A stretch of DNA of 64,000 nucleotides from Acidobacteriota bacterium (GTDB lineage: Bacteria > Acidobacteriota > Blastocatellia > Pyrinomonadales > Pyrinomonadaceae): the NCBI GenBank assembly GCA_031359215.1, contig JANMAA010000235.1, forward strand, positions 1,589 to 65,588, given 5' to 3'. Below, piece after piece: positions 36,223 through 45,995 of this stretch. Within the stretch, counting starts at the first letter, position 1. Every line of letters begins with the position of its first letter. The notes beneath the pieces are model-generated. The model was not told the DNA's origin. It did no database searches and saw only the letters and a list, made by a program, of their open reading frames with translations. A program made the translations under genes and the position numbers.

Positions 36223-37326
36223 TCAAATTGCGTTTAAACCTTGAGCAATATCTTCGATTAAATCATCACTGTTTTCACAACCGGCACTAAAACGAATAAA
36301 ACCTTCAGGTATCAGGTCGCCGCCCCAACGCGCCCGTCGTTCGGCTGTTGTCCGAATGCTGCCGAAACTCGTTGCTTCGATCACTAACTTACACGCCTGC
36401 AAAAAGTGTTCGGCGCAAGCCCGGTCAGCCAACACGAAGCTGATTACCTGTCCGTAGAAACGCATTTGACGGGAAGCCGTCTCGTGCGACGGGTCTTGCG
36501 GCAGTCCGGGATAACGTAATCCGGTAACTTCGCTGCGGGTTGCCAAATATTCGGCGATAGTTTGAGCAGTGCGGCATTGTTTTTCCAAACGCATTTCGAG
36601 CGTAGCCAGCGAACGATGCGCCAGCCACACTTCCATCGGTCCCGGCACTGCACCGATCTGTGTGCGCCACGAGTGCAATTTTTCAGCCCGCGCCGCATCG
36701 CGCACGGCAACGTGACCGAGAATCAAATCCGCGTGTCCGGTCAGCATTTTCGTATCCGACGCGACGGAGTAATCTGCACCAAGTTCGAGCGGATTTTGAC
36801 CGAGAAACGTCGGTGTCGTGTTGTCAACCGCGACAAGCACATTACGTTTGTGTGCGGAATCAACAAGGGCGGCAATATCGCAAACATCCAGCCCCGGATT
36901 TGCCGGAGTTTCAAGCCATAGTAGTTTTGCTCCGTCCAAAAGTTGACTCAATCCGTTGCTATTAGTAGGGGCTTTTCGAACTTCAATGCCCATTTCCGCG
37001 AAAAATCCATCCGCGAGAAGCCGCGTGGTATAGTAACAATCCGAAGGCATCACCAAAATATCACCGGGACGTAAAACAGTGCCGAAGACTGCTGCCACAG
37101 CCGCCATACCGGAAGCGAACGCTATTGCGATGCCGCCTTCTAAATCACTTAGCGCAAGCTCGAACTGCGTCCAAGTCGGATTATGATAGCGACCATAGAG
37201 ATAAGGAATATCCGTCGTGTCACCCGAAGCATGATAACTTCCTGCAAAAGTAACTCCGTCTAAAAAAGGTTTCCCTTGAACGGGAGGAGCAATGCCTGCG
37301 CGAATTATTTTTGTTCCGATTTTCAT
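36223..37326 (-). CDS. PLP-dependent trans-sulfuration enzyme (cystathionine gamma-synthase/lyase family)
   Basis: Cys/Met-metabolism PLP family pattern, including SDTKMLTGHADL (PLP Lys). Confidence 0.8.
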   Translation of the reverse strand: MKIGTKIIRAGIAPPVQGKPFLDGVTFAGSYHASGDTTDIPYLYGRYHNPTWTQFELALSDLEGGIAIAFASGMAAVAAVFGTVLRPGDILVMPSDCYYTTRLLADGFFAEMGIEVRKAPTNSNGLSQLLDGAKLLWLETPANPGLDVCDIAALVDSAHKRNVLVAVDNTTPTFLGQNPLELGADYSVASDTKMLTGHADLILGHVAVRDAARAEKLHSWRTQIGAVPGPMEVWLAHRSLATLEMRLEKQCRTAQTIAEYLATRSEVTGLRYPGLPQDPSHETASRQMRFYGQVISFVLADRACAEHFLQACKLVIEATSFGSIRTTAERRARWGGDLIPEGFIRFSAGCENSDDLIEDIAQGLNAI

Positions 37327-37344
37327 TTTTGATTTATAAAGTTT

Positions 37345-37776
37345 TTATTGGACTTTTGTATAAGTCGAAAGGGAAGTTGCGATCAATTTTCCGGCATCGT
37401 TAAATACTTCCGCCGAAACCGTCAAAATCCGGTTTCCCGCCCGCTCGACCCGCGCCGTGCATACGATTTCACCAGAACTGACCGGACGAAGATAATGCAC
37501 TGTCAGATCGATCGTCGTTGTCTGCACATTCTCGGGAACGCAGGTTCGGACGGCAAAAGCCATGGTCGTATCGATCAAGGAAGCCGTTGCGCCGCCGTGT
37601 AAAACCCCGTAAGGTTGCCGCAATTCATCGCGCATCCGCAATTTTATTTTCGCTTCTTTGGCGCACAAATCAACCAATTCAAATCCGAGCAGTCGCGCAT
37701 ATGGAACGCTTTTAAGTGATTCGGAAGCAGATTGTTTGTGCGCTTCGGTAATTTCTATTTGTTTTTCGTCGCTCAT
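37345..37776 (-). CDS. PaaI-family hotdog thioesterase
   Basis: YGVLHGGATASLIDT motif in a 143-aa hotdog-sized protein. Confidence 0.8.
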   Translation of the reverse strand: MSDEKQIEITEAHKQSASESLKSVPYARLLGFELVDLCAKEAKIKLRMRDELRQPYGVLHGGATASLIDTTMAFAVRTCVPENVQTTTIDLTVHYLRPVSSGEIVCTARVERAGNRILTVSAEVFNDAGKLIATSLSTYTKVQ

Positions 37777-37784
37777 ATTTTTAT

Positions 37785-38498
37785 TTAAACTTCACCTTGT
37801 AAAACCTTGCGAAATTCTTCAACTGAAACTTTGCGGAAATCTTTCGGAATCTCAAACAGATTCGCGTCGGCTTGAGGCTTGAAATTTTTAATTTCAAAAG
37901 TAAAATTCAAAATCTTTTGCTCACCGTTGACGCTGTAAAATTCTTGTTTGACAGGCAAACCGATATTTTTATCTACCCAAATAAACGATTCGGAAGTTTG
38001 ATTGTTATCTAAAATTACACGATATTTCAAAAAATTATTTTCCGTTCCGAGAAATTCAAATTTTGCGTCCGCTTTCTGATTGAGCCATTCGGTCGTTAGA
38101 AAATCAAATGGATTTTCTGACGCTTCCACCAATCTATTACTGATATTTTCAGTGTAGATTTTCTTATTGTTGAAAATAAGAAAAGTTTTATTATCAGCGG
38201 TTTGCAAAACCGAAATTTGATTTTTTTGTCCGTAATGATAATCGTAGCGACGGGAATTATCTAAACCGCGCATCGCAAAAGTCTTATCTTCTTTACCTTC
38301 CGTTGTTACGATAAATTCGGCTTGAAAATTTTCGGGTTCTTTCGTAGAAAAAGGAATGCCGCTTTTTACTTCTTCAACAGCAAAAGGTGTGGGCGAAGCC
38401 GGATTATTTTCTGCTTTTTGCCACCAGCGACAGGCAGAAAATAAAGTCAAAAAAAGAACCGCAATAAAAAAAACTTTAACTGAATTTGACGAAAGCAT
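37785..38498 (-). CDS. Hypothetical lipoprotein (237 aa)
   Basis: Lipobox LFSAC. AT-rich gene with no recognisable domain. Confidence 0.6.
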   Translation of the reverse strand: MLSSNSVKVFFIAVLFLTLFSACRWWQKAENNPASPTPFAVEEVKSGIPFSTKEPENFQAEFIVTTEGKEDKTFAMRGLDNSRRYDYHYGQKNQISVLQTADNKTFLIFNNKKIYTENISNRLVEASENPFDFLTTEWLNQKADAKFEFLGTENNFLKYRVILDNNQTSESFIWVDKNIGLPVKQEFYSVNGEQKILNFTFEIKNFKPQADANLFEIPKDFRKVSVEEFRKVLQGEV

Positions 38499-38561
38499 TT
38501 GTAAGTTGAAATCTTATCATATTGATTGGACAAAATTCACACCCGGTATTGTGTAAAAATT

Positions 38562-39305
38562 ATGAGTATAACTTCAATGCAAATGCGTTACATTCTTTGC
38601 GGCATTCTCGTTCTGCCATTTGCGCCTTTTCTTTATTTGCAAGCAAAATATGTCCGCCGTAAGGTCGGCAGACTGCCCGATGCCGAAGGCGCAACGATTG
38701 GAAAGTATGGTGAACAAGCGGAAGTAATAAATCTATTGGCAGTCGGTGAATCAACCGTCGCCGGCGTTGGCGCGAAAACGCATAACGAAGCGTTGACGGG
38801 ACAATTTGCCAAACATCTAAGTCAAACCACCAAAAAATCGGTGCGTTGGCACGCACTCGGCACAAGCGGAATCACGATAAAAAGAACTTTGCGGGAACTC
38901 GTCCCGAATTTTCACCCGGAAAAAATGGATGTCATACTTATCGCTTTGGGAGCAAACGATGTTTTCGGGCTTTCGAGTCCACAAACATTTCGCCGGAATT
39001 TAGCAAAATTGCTTGAGGTTTTGCGTGAAAAATATCCCGATGCAAAAATCTTCGTTGCCAATGTCCCGATGGTCAGGGATTTCATCGTGCTTCCCAATCC
39101 TTTGCGATATATTCTTTCAAGGCTTGCCAAACTTCATCATTTCAACGCGATAGATTTGATTTCCAAGTTGGCAAATGTCAGTTATTTTGATGACGTGAAC
39201 AGAGTTGACGACGATTTTTTCAGTGACGGTATTCATCCTTCGCCGAAAGGTTACGATTTATGGTCAAAGGCGATGGTTGATTTTTTTGTCCAAAACGCTG
39301 ATTAA
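38562..39305 (+). CDS. SGNH/GDSL-family hydrolase
   Basis: Block I AVGESTVAGVG, block III GANDV, block V DGIHPS. The ORF track start at 38526 is a TTG. ATG 38562 is preferred. Confidence 0.8.
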   Translation: MSITSMQMRYILCGILVLPFAPFLYLQAKYVRRKVGRLPDAEGATIGKYGEQAEVINLLAVGESTVAGVGAKTHNEALTGQFAKHLSQTTKKSVRWHALGTSGITIKRTLRELVPNFHPEKMDVILIALGANDVFGLSSPQTFRRNLAKLLEVLREKYPDAKIFVANVPMVRDFIVLPNPLRYILSRLAKLHHFNAIDLISKLANVSYFDDVNRVDDDFFSDGIHPSPKGYDLWSKAMVDFFVQNAD

Positions 39306-39368
39306 GTTGAATAAGTCTCGTTTATGTTCAATTAAGATTTAACTTTTTAAATTATTCACAGACTTCAA

Positions 39369-39800
39369 TTAAACTTTGAAATTTCTTTGCTTTTCTCTCT
39401 CGCTAAAATTAACGGGCGGTGCGCCGCTAACGAATTTCAGCATTTGATTGGCAATTGCACTAGCGCGAAGTTTTAGAAAATCGGCGCGTTCGCCGTCAAA
39501 GGTTTCGTTAATGGTTTCGTGAAAAATTTCCAGCCAATGCTGAAAATGTTCCAACAACAAAGGCGTTTTTTCATTTAGCGCAGCGTGAACTTGCGAAGGA
39601 TTGCGCCCGTGTTTTTGATAATTGCCGGTTCCGAAGAGCAGAGTTTCCCAAAAATCGCCGATAATCGGCAGATGACTTTCCAAATCCAGCTTTGCCACGT
39701 CCGTGAAAATATAACCGATTGTTTCGTCGGTTATCGCTTTGGCGTAAAAACGATTCATCAAATCATCAATGTCGGCGCGGGTTTCAATATCTTTTTTCAT
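39369..39800 (-). CDS. Truncated hemoglobin (group III-like globin)
   Basis: MKKDIETRADIDDLMNRFYAKA...HLPIIGDFWETLLFG...H pattern of 2-on-2 globins. ATG at 39800. Confidence 0.7.
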   Translation of the reverse strand: MKKDIETRADIDDLMNRFYAKAITDETIGYIFTDVAKLDLESHLPIIGDFWETLLFGTGNYQKHGRNPSQVHAALNEKTPLLLEHFQHWLEIFHETINETFDGERADFLKLRASAIANQMLKFVSGAPPVNFSEREKQRNFKV

Positions 39801-41650
39801 TAAAATCAATTTTACTGTGTAAAGTTTGGGTTGCGGCTTCCGTTTCCAAATCAACAATCGTTTCGCCTTCGGGGTTTTTATGAAAAAACATCAAATCGAG
39901 CGCGAACCAGACGAATACAATCGCGCCGACGGCAAAAATCGTATCGCCGAGCATTCGCATCCAGCGCAAAAATTGCATTAAGTCGGTCTGCATAAATTCG
40001 GGTGAACGCGCCGACCAATAGCCGACATTGACCGATTGATAAGTTTGCAATAAACCTACGGGCAAAAGACTTAATACGATTTCCAGAAGCATTCCGATAT
40101 TTATTGCCCAGAACGCAAACCTGATCGGTTTTTCCTTCCATTTGAGTTCGGGTTTCATCGCCCGCAGACAAAAGAGCGTCAAACCTAAACCGAGCGTTCC
40201 ATAAACGCCGTAAAGCGCACCGTGCGCGTGAACCGCCGTCGTATTTAAGCCCTGCATATAATAGAGCGCAATCGGCGGATTGACCATAAATCCGAAAATT
40301 CCCGCGCCGACCATATTCCAGAACGCGACGGCAATAAAGAATATAGACGACCCATTTATACTGCTGAAGCCACGGACGCACTTTTGAACGGCGAATGTTT
40401 TCGACCGCCTCGTGTCCAACCAGCAGAAGCGGAACGATTTCCAATGCCCTGAAAGTCGAACCGAAGGCGATTGCCACCGTCGGAGTTCCGGCAAAATACA
40501 GATGATGCAGAGTTCCGATAATTTCGCCGCTTAAATAAATCGCGCCCGTCAGCAAAGACGCTTGCGCCGCGCTTTCCGGTCGAATCACGCGCAGTTTGGC
40601 AAACAAAAAAGCAATAACTACTGTGGCAAAAACTTCAAAAAATCCTTCAACCCAAAGATGCACCACCCACCAACGCCAGTATTCGACTACCGAAAGGTGT
40701 GAACGCATTCCCCAGAAAAGTCCGGGCGCGTAGAAAAAAGCGATTCCCGACGTTGTTATAAGATAAAGAGCAATCAAGGATTTCGGCGTGCCTTTTTGTC
40801 TGAGCGCGGGAATCGCTGTTCGCGCAATCAAAAACAGCCACAGAAGCAAACCGATGAAAAGCGCGGCTTGCCAAACTTTGCCTAAATCAACGTATTCATA
40901 GCCATGATGCCCGAACCAAAACCACAAATCGCCCGAAAGAAGGTGCATTACCGACATCCATTGTCCAATCATCGAACCTAACACGACGATGAGCAAAGCA
41001 AGAAACAAAACATTAACGCCGAGTTTCTGATATTTCGGCTCGTATTCGCAGATAAACGGCGCAATAAAAAGCCCGAAAGCAAGCCACGCCGTCCAAAAGA
41101 AAAATGAGTTTAATTGTCTTAATTTTGTCGGGTCTGCCTGAGCGTTGCGCTGAATTGCAAAATCTTTGCTGCCGTTTGAGAAAATATCCGAATAATGTTT
41201 AAGATTTTCTTGATATGCCTGCGCTCGCAGCGGATTAATTGTGAGCCTTCCCGTCGCTTCATCATAAGTGTTGGTTCTGACCGTATTTTGCAGACGCTGG
41301 CGCAAAACGGCTTGCTGTTCGCTGTTTAAATTGTCGTAGCCGTTTCCGAACTCGCTATTTGCCCAACTATTTAACAAAAAAAGTGCCTCGCGGTGCAAAT
41401 AATCCGCCGACCAATCGGGCGCAACATCAGAGCCGTGTCCCCAAATCGAGCCGACCTGCGTCCCGCCCATCGCCTGCCAGACGTTTTGCCCGTTCTGGAT
41501 TTCCTCCGCCGGAATCAAAACTTGCCCGTCGGTCGTGACGACTTCGCGCGGAATCGGCGGAGCTTGCCGAAAAATCTCCGTTCCGACCCAGCCTAAAACT
41601 GCAAACGAAAACACAAAAATTCCGATAAAAATCAGCCAAAGTTTTTTCAT
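39784..41650 (-). pseudogene. norZ: Quinol-dependent nitric oxide reductase (qNOR, NorZ/NorB) split by a frameshift near 40340-40346
   Basis: N-terminal about 435 aa are in the frame of ORF 39878..41671 (GGAGGG RBS, ATG 41650). After ...RPWLQQYKWVVY that frame becomes Arg-rich nonsense. The conserved continuation IFFIAVAFWNMVGAGIFGFMVNPPIALYYMQGLNTTAVHAHGALYGVYG is in the frame of ORF 39784..40494. Confidence 0.8.
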
Positions 41651-41667
41651 GAAAGTCGCCCTCCGTT

Positions 41668-42015
41668 TCAAACAGCCTTAAATTTTGTTACTAGCAAATG
41701 AATTTCCGGCTCGGCAACAACTTCGTGTTCGATTTCCGCCTCCAAAGTAATCAATGTTCCAGCCTCTAATTTTTGCTCGTCTTCCAAATCTTTTCCGGCG
41801 CGGAATGTGCCGCTTCCCGCCAAACAAAAAACCGTAATCGGCTCAGCCGCTTTATGCTTTGCCAAAACGTCGCTGTTGCGAAGAATCACACTGATTAGTT
41901 GACGACGCACACCGTCGAAAACTTTTTTTACTTCTTTAGATTTTTCGCTGTCGGAAATTTTGCCCAATTCAAACTTGTCTAAAAATTCGATATTTTTCAT
42001 AATGATTTTCTGCAC
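41668..42015 (-). CDS. Cupin-domain protein
   Basis: 115-aa beta-barrel-sized protein. Lies immediately upstream of norZ. Confidence 0.6.
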   Translation of the reverse strand: MQKIIMKNIEFLDKFELGKISDSEKSKEVKKVFDGVRRQLISVILRNSDVLAKHKAAEPITVFCLAGSGTFRAGKDLEDEQKLEAGTLITLEAEIEHEVVAEPEIHLLVTKFKAV

Positions 42016-42270
42016 TTTTAGCGCAGAAGCAAACTAAAGTTTTTATTGCCGACTTATCGCTTAAAATTTAATGCCGACTACAAAATCTATGCTTGATGCA
42101 AAGCCTAAAAAAAACGCAATATCCAAACAATATCTTTAGTTGTTTCAATATTCTGTGTGATAGCACACCTAATAGACATATTAAATGTTTTGAGTAGCGA
42201 TTGATGACGATGATATTTTCATCCTAAACGGCGAATTCACAACCGGAAAACTTCTTTGTCCGGCGCAAAT

Positions 42271-43770
42271 ATGACAGAAATGAATCTTGAAGATACTTTT
42301 ACAGAAATAAAAGATTTGCTCAAACTTTATCACGAATGGCTTTTGATACATCCGTCGGGCAAAACTTTTGGTTTGCAAAAAGAGGAAATTGAACTAAAAT
42401 TTGAACGTAACAAAATTCTTTTCAGCTTTTTGGACGAAAACGGTTTTCAAACGTGGCGGATTGTCGAATTCAGACAAAAAAAAAGCGAAATTTTACTTAA
42501 AATTACCCGCAATTTTGGAAAAGAGAACGAGCGGATTCGACTTATTCCCCGTATTTCCGCTAAAGAATTAGAGGCATCAATCGAACTTGCGCGGCTTGAA
42601 AAGGCGAATAAAATTGCAAGTTTGCTGATTTCGGAAATTCCGCAAATACAACTTATCCGTGTCGCCTTAAACAAAGAAAACGGACGTTTCGCACAAATAT
42701 TTATCGAGAATTTAAATGGCAAACAGACCGCGGTTATTTCTGATGTTTCAGATTCGGCAACTCCCGAAATACTTATTTCGACCGCGATTTTATGGCTTAC
42801 AAAATTAGAGCAGCGTAAGAAAAAACCGATTGAAACAGTTTGGATTTTGGCGGAAAAGAAACTGGTCAAAAAAGTGCGAAAACTTCACGCATTGCTGAAG
42901 GAACATTGGAAATCGAACATCAAATTACGGGGAATTTCAAGTTCAGGAGCAAAGTCGGGAATTACGGAACTTTCACCGCTTGAGATTCATCACTTGTGGC
43001 GCGAAAAAACCAAGAAAATTTCATTAGTGGAAAAAACGGAAATGAGCCGAACGGCTCGGGAAATTACAAAAACCGCGCCTCAAAAGATAGACGTTATTTT
43101 TACCAAACAAGGTGAAACTTTGCGTTTTCAGGGTTTGCCCGTGGCGCGCATCAGAAAGACTTTGGGCGTGGAAAAATGTTGGTTTGGAATTGAGCAAAAT
43201 AAAAGAATTTTGAATGAAGGAGCGCGGGAAGATTTTTTCGATTTGCTGGAAAATTTAGAAACTTATCGCTGTTTCGATGCTCCGAATAAACGCCACGCAC
43301 TTTTTGAACTTGCACCCGAAGCGTGGCTTGAAGCGATTCTCCGGCGAAACATCAAACAACTCGACACAAATCTGATTTTATCGCCGCTTTACAATCAGTT
43401 TCGGGCTGAATCCGGCAAGATCGATTTATTGGCTTTGCGAAAGGATGGACGACTAATTGTTGTCGAACTTAAAGTTGCGCCCGACCGCGAAATGGTTTTT
43501 CAAGCGGTTGGTTATTGGCGAAAAATCGAATTAAATCGCCGTAATGGAATTCTGCAACAGGCAAAACTTTTTGGCGATTTGCAGATTGCCGACGCGCCGA
43601 CAATTTGTTATCTGGTCGCGCCAACTTTGTGTTTTCACCGTGATTTTAATTTTTTACTGCAAACTATTGCGCCCGAAATAGAAATTTTCCGCTTTGATTT
43701 GGCGGAAAACTGGCGTGAGAATCTGAAGGTGTTGCGAAGAGAAAAAAATAATTTTTTTGACGGTTATTGA
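42271..43770 (+). CDS. Hypothetical protein with a C-terminal NucS/DUF91-like PD-(D/E)xK nuclease module
   Basis: The C-terminal GKIDLLALRKDGRLIVVELKVAPDREMVFQAVGYW matches the D...ExK...Q core of NucS-type nucleases. The N-terminal about 370 aa are unrecognisable. Confidence 0.6.
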   Translation: MTEMNLEDTFTEIKDLLKLYHEWLLIHPSGKTFGLQKEEIELKFERNKILFSFLDENGFQTWRIVEFRQKKSEILLKITRNFGKENERIRLIPRISAKELEASIELARLEKANKIASLLISEIPQIQLIRVALNKENGRFAQIFIENLNGKQTAVISDVSDSATPEILISTAILWLTKLEQRKKKPIETVWILAEKKLVKKVRKLHALLKEHWKSNIKLRGISSSGAKSGITELSPLEIHHLWREKTKKISLVEKTEMSRTAREITKTAPQKIDVIFTKQGETLRFQGLPVARIRKTLGVEKCWFGIEQNKRILNEGAREDFFDLLENLETYRCFDAPNKRHALFELAPEAWLEAILRRNIKQLDTNLILSPLYNQFRAESGKIDLLALRKDGRLIVVELKVAPDREMVFQAVGYWRKIELNRRNGILQQAKLFGDLQIADAPTICYLVAPTLCFHRDFNFLLQTIAPEIEIFRFDLAENWRENLKVLRREKNNFFDGY

Positions 43771-43775
43771 AGATT

Positions 43776-44510
43776 CTACAAATCTTGCGACATTACTTTC
43801 GGTTCGGGGCTGATATATAAAATTCTAGTGCAATTTTCGCAAGTGATAATCACATCGGTTGTTCTCAGTTCAACCTGCACTTGCGGACGAAGTGTCATAA
43901 AACACGCACTGCAAGAACCGTTAATAACCTCGGCAACCGCAATTCCGTCACGGCTGCGTTGCGCCAAACGATTATAAATCGAAGCCATTTGCGCCGGTAA
44001 TGTTTGAAAAACCTTTTCGCGCTTTTGGCTTTCGATTTCCGCTTCTTGCTTGTTTTTGGCTAGTTCTGCTTCAAAATCTTTAAGAGCTGCGGCTTGATTT
44101 GAATCTAACGAGTTAATTTCATCAGCGCGTTCCGCCAAAATCTTCTCGACCTCTTCGATTTCGGTCATTTGTTCCAAAACTTGTGTTTCCAGAGTGGAAA
44201 TCTGCTTTTGCAGATTGTCCGTTTCACGCATCGCCGTTTCATATTCTTTCTGATTCTGTGCGTTTTTCAAATTACGGTTAGAGCGTTCGACAAATATCTT
44301 ATTTTCAGCGATTTGCTTTTCCAATTCCGTCCGTGTTGTCTGCGCCGTATCGCGTTTCGACTGTATTTCACGAATAGAAAAAGCGTGCTGTTCAAACTCT
44401 TGTTCAAGACTAGCACGCCTCTGTTCTGCGGATTCGATGGCTTTTTTCAAGTTACGAATTTTGGTGTCCGTTTTTTGTAATTCTATCAACTTCTCAAGTT
44501 CTGACTTCAC
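43776..44510 (-). CDS. Coiled-coil zinc-ribbon protein (COG1579 family)
   Basis: Long coiled coil followed by CSACFMTL...CENCTRILY. Confidence 0.75.
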   Translation of the reverse strand: MKSELEKLIELQKTDTKIRNLKKAIESAEQRRASLEQEFEQHAFSIREIQSKRDTAQTTRTELEKQIAENKIFVERSNRNLKNAQNQKEYETAMRETDNLQKQISTLETQVLEQMTEIEEVEKILAERADEINSLDSNQAAALKDFEAELAKNKQEAEIESQKREKVFQTLPAQMASIYNRLAQRSRDGIAVAEVINGSCSACFMTLRPQVQVELRTTDVIITCENCTRILYISPEPKVMSQDL

Positions 44511-44623
44511 TTATGAAAATCTCCTGTTAAAAACAACTCATCAATATGAAAATTTTCACATATTATTAACCTGCTTGCAACGCTTGAAATGAAGATTGAG
44601 AATTTTACGCGGGTTTTGTCAAA

Positions 44624-45235
44624 TTAAAATCTGACAACTTCTTCCGGCGCATCATTTCCTTCCGCTGTTTTCCATTGGTCGGAGTTGTCGTAAAAATTGC
44701 AGTCAAATTCGGCTAAAGATTGAATTTTGATGCCTTCAATTTCGTCGGGAGCATCTTCAAATCTGACAATTGCCCCGCAACCGATAATTTCCGCACCTAA
44801 TTCCTTTACCAGTTCAGCCGTTTCAGTCAAGGCTCTTCCGGTGCGGATAAGATCATCAACGATGATACAAGGATAAATATCACCGGACTTCAAATATTGG
44901 CGAAATTGTCGTTTACCATTCTCGATTTCCGCCCAATAAATCTGATCTGCGCCAAGTGCTTCGCGCACGGCAAATGCGACGGGAATACCGCCCGGACTCG
45001 GACTTATAACCGAAATTTTCGGTAGTCGGCTTGAAATTGTTTTTTCCATTCGGAATTTACGGCTCAAACCAACCGACAAAACCCGCGAATTGTCGTAATA
45101 ACGAAATGCGAGCGGCATCTGAAAATAATGCGAAGCGTGTTTGCCTGACGGATAAACGAAATGTCCTTGCCGGTATGCGCCCGTTTCTTCTAAAATTTGC
45201 ATCACTGTTTGCGATGGCGGAATTAAATCTATCAT
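44624..45235 (-). CDS. Phosphoribosyltransferase (orotate PRTase-like)
   Basis: PRPP-binding loop CIIVDDLIRTGRAL. Confidence 0.7.
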   Translation of the reverse strand: MIDLIPPSQTVMQILEETGAYRQGHFVYPSGKHASHYFQMPLAFRYYDNSRVLSVGLSRKFRMEKTISSRLPKISVISPSPGGIPVAFAVREALGADQIYWAEIENGKRQFRQYLKSGDIYPCIIVDDLIRTGRALTETAELVKELGAEIIGCGAIVRFEDAPDEIEGIKIQSLAEFDCNFYDNSDQWKTAEGNDAPEEVVRF

Positions 45236-45384
45236 TTATTGTCTCCTTTTGATTTACTAAATATTTATTAAATTATATGACAATTTTTTCAAGTTTTGAA
45301 TTTGGAAATTCAATCTTCTGAGTTTGTTCTGCTAAAAAAAGTTTCTTGTGCGATTTTGCCGCGAAATATTTTACCGATGAAAAT

Positions 45385-45846
45385 TCATACTTTAATTGAT
45401 CTGAAAACTTCCTGCACGATCATTTTTTGGTCTTCATCCATTTGTTTCGGAATTTTATCAATTTGGAACCACGCCGCCTCTTTTATCTCACTGCTTTTTA
45501 CTTCGGCTTTACCGATGGCTCGAGCGCGAAAGAGAATTTCAATATGACGATGTATCGTTCTCACTCTGAACATCTCTATATTATGCAATTCCAAACCCGT
45601 TTCTTCACGGATTTCGCGCCTGACCGCTTCTTCAGGCTGTTCGCCGCTATTTAAAAATCCACCCGGAACACCCCAACTCGAAGCAGAGCGAAAGATGTGG
45701 TCTAGTAGCAAAATCTCCCGGTTTTCGTTTATAATGATGGCTGCTGCTGAAACCGTAAATTTTTGCTGGGTAACACGAACTATTTTCAGTCGTAAATAAG
45801 GCGTTAATAATTTCCAAATTGTTCCAACAATTTTATTTAACATCAA
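45385..45846 (-). CDS. NUDIX hydrolase
   Basis: Nudix box GGFLNSGEQPEEAVRREIREETGL. Confidence 0.88.
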   Translation of the reverse strand: MMLNKIVGTIWKLLTPYLRLKIVRVTQQKFTVSAAAIIINENREILLLDHIFRSASSWGVPGGFLNSGEQPEEAVRREIREETGLELHNIEMFRVRTIHRHIEILFRARAIGKAEVKSSEIKEAAWFQIDKIPKQMDEDQKMIVQEVFRSIKV

Positions 45847-45995
45847 GTGTTTTTTGTTTACAAAGAAATAGTCTTAGTGTAAGATTTTTTTGGAAAATAA
45901 ACATTGTTAAAACTGTCTTTACAATGTAAGAAGTATTTTCCCCCAAATCTTTTAGCAAATCTAATAAACATATAACTATTTTTTCGGAGTATTTA

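Noticed and set aside
36223-37776. An apparent GC-rich two-gene island (trans-sulfuration enzyme plus PaaI thioesterase) suggesting horizontal transfer. Hand counts of sampled 60-nt lines gave 65%, 47%, 63% and 58% GC, against 32-33% in sampled flanking lines.
   Set aside because: Sampled lines in recA and meaB are also about 57% GC, and another ABC-transporter line is 43%. Composition varies gene by gene across the whole window, so a proper sliding-window and codon-usage analysis is needed before calling an island.
39878-40330. The 3' third of the 597-aa ORF (Arg-rich translation ...CRRVLEYGRRGNFRIYGQSADCALLYAGLKYDGGSRARC...).
   Set aside because: This is out-of-frame read-through after the norZ frameshift. 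The conserved heme-copper oxidase sequence is in the other frame (39784..40494).
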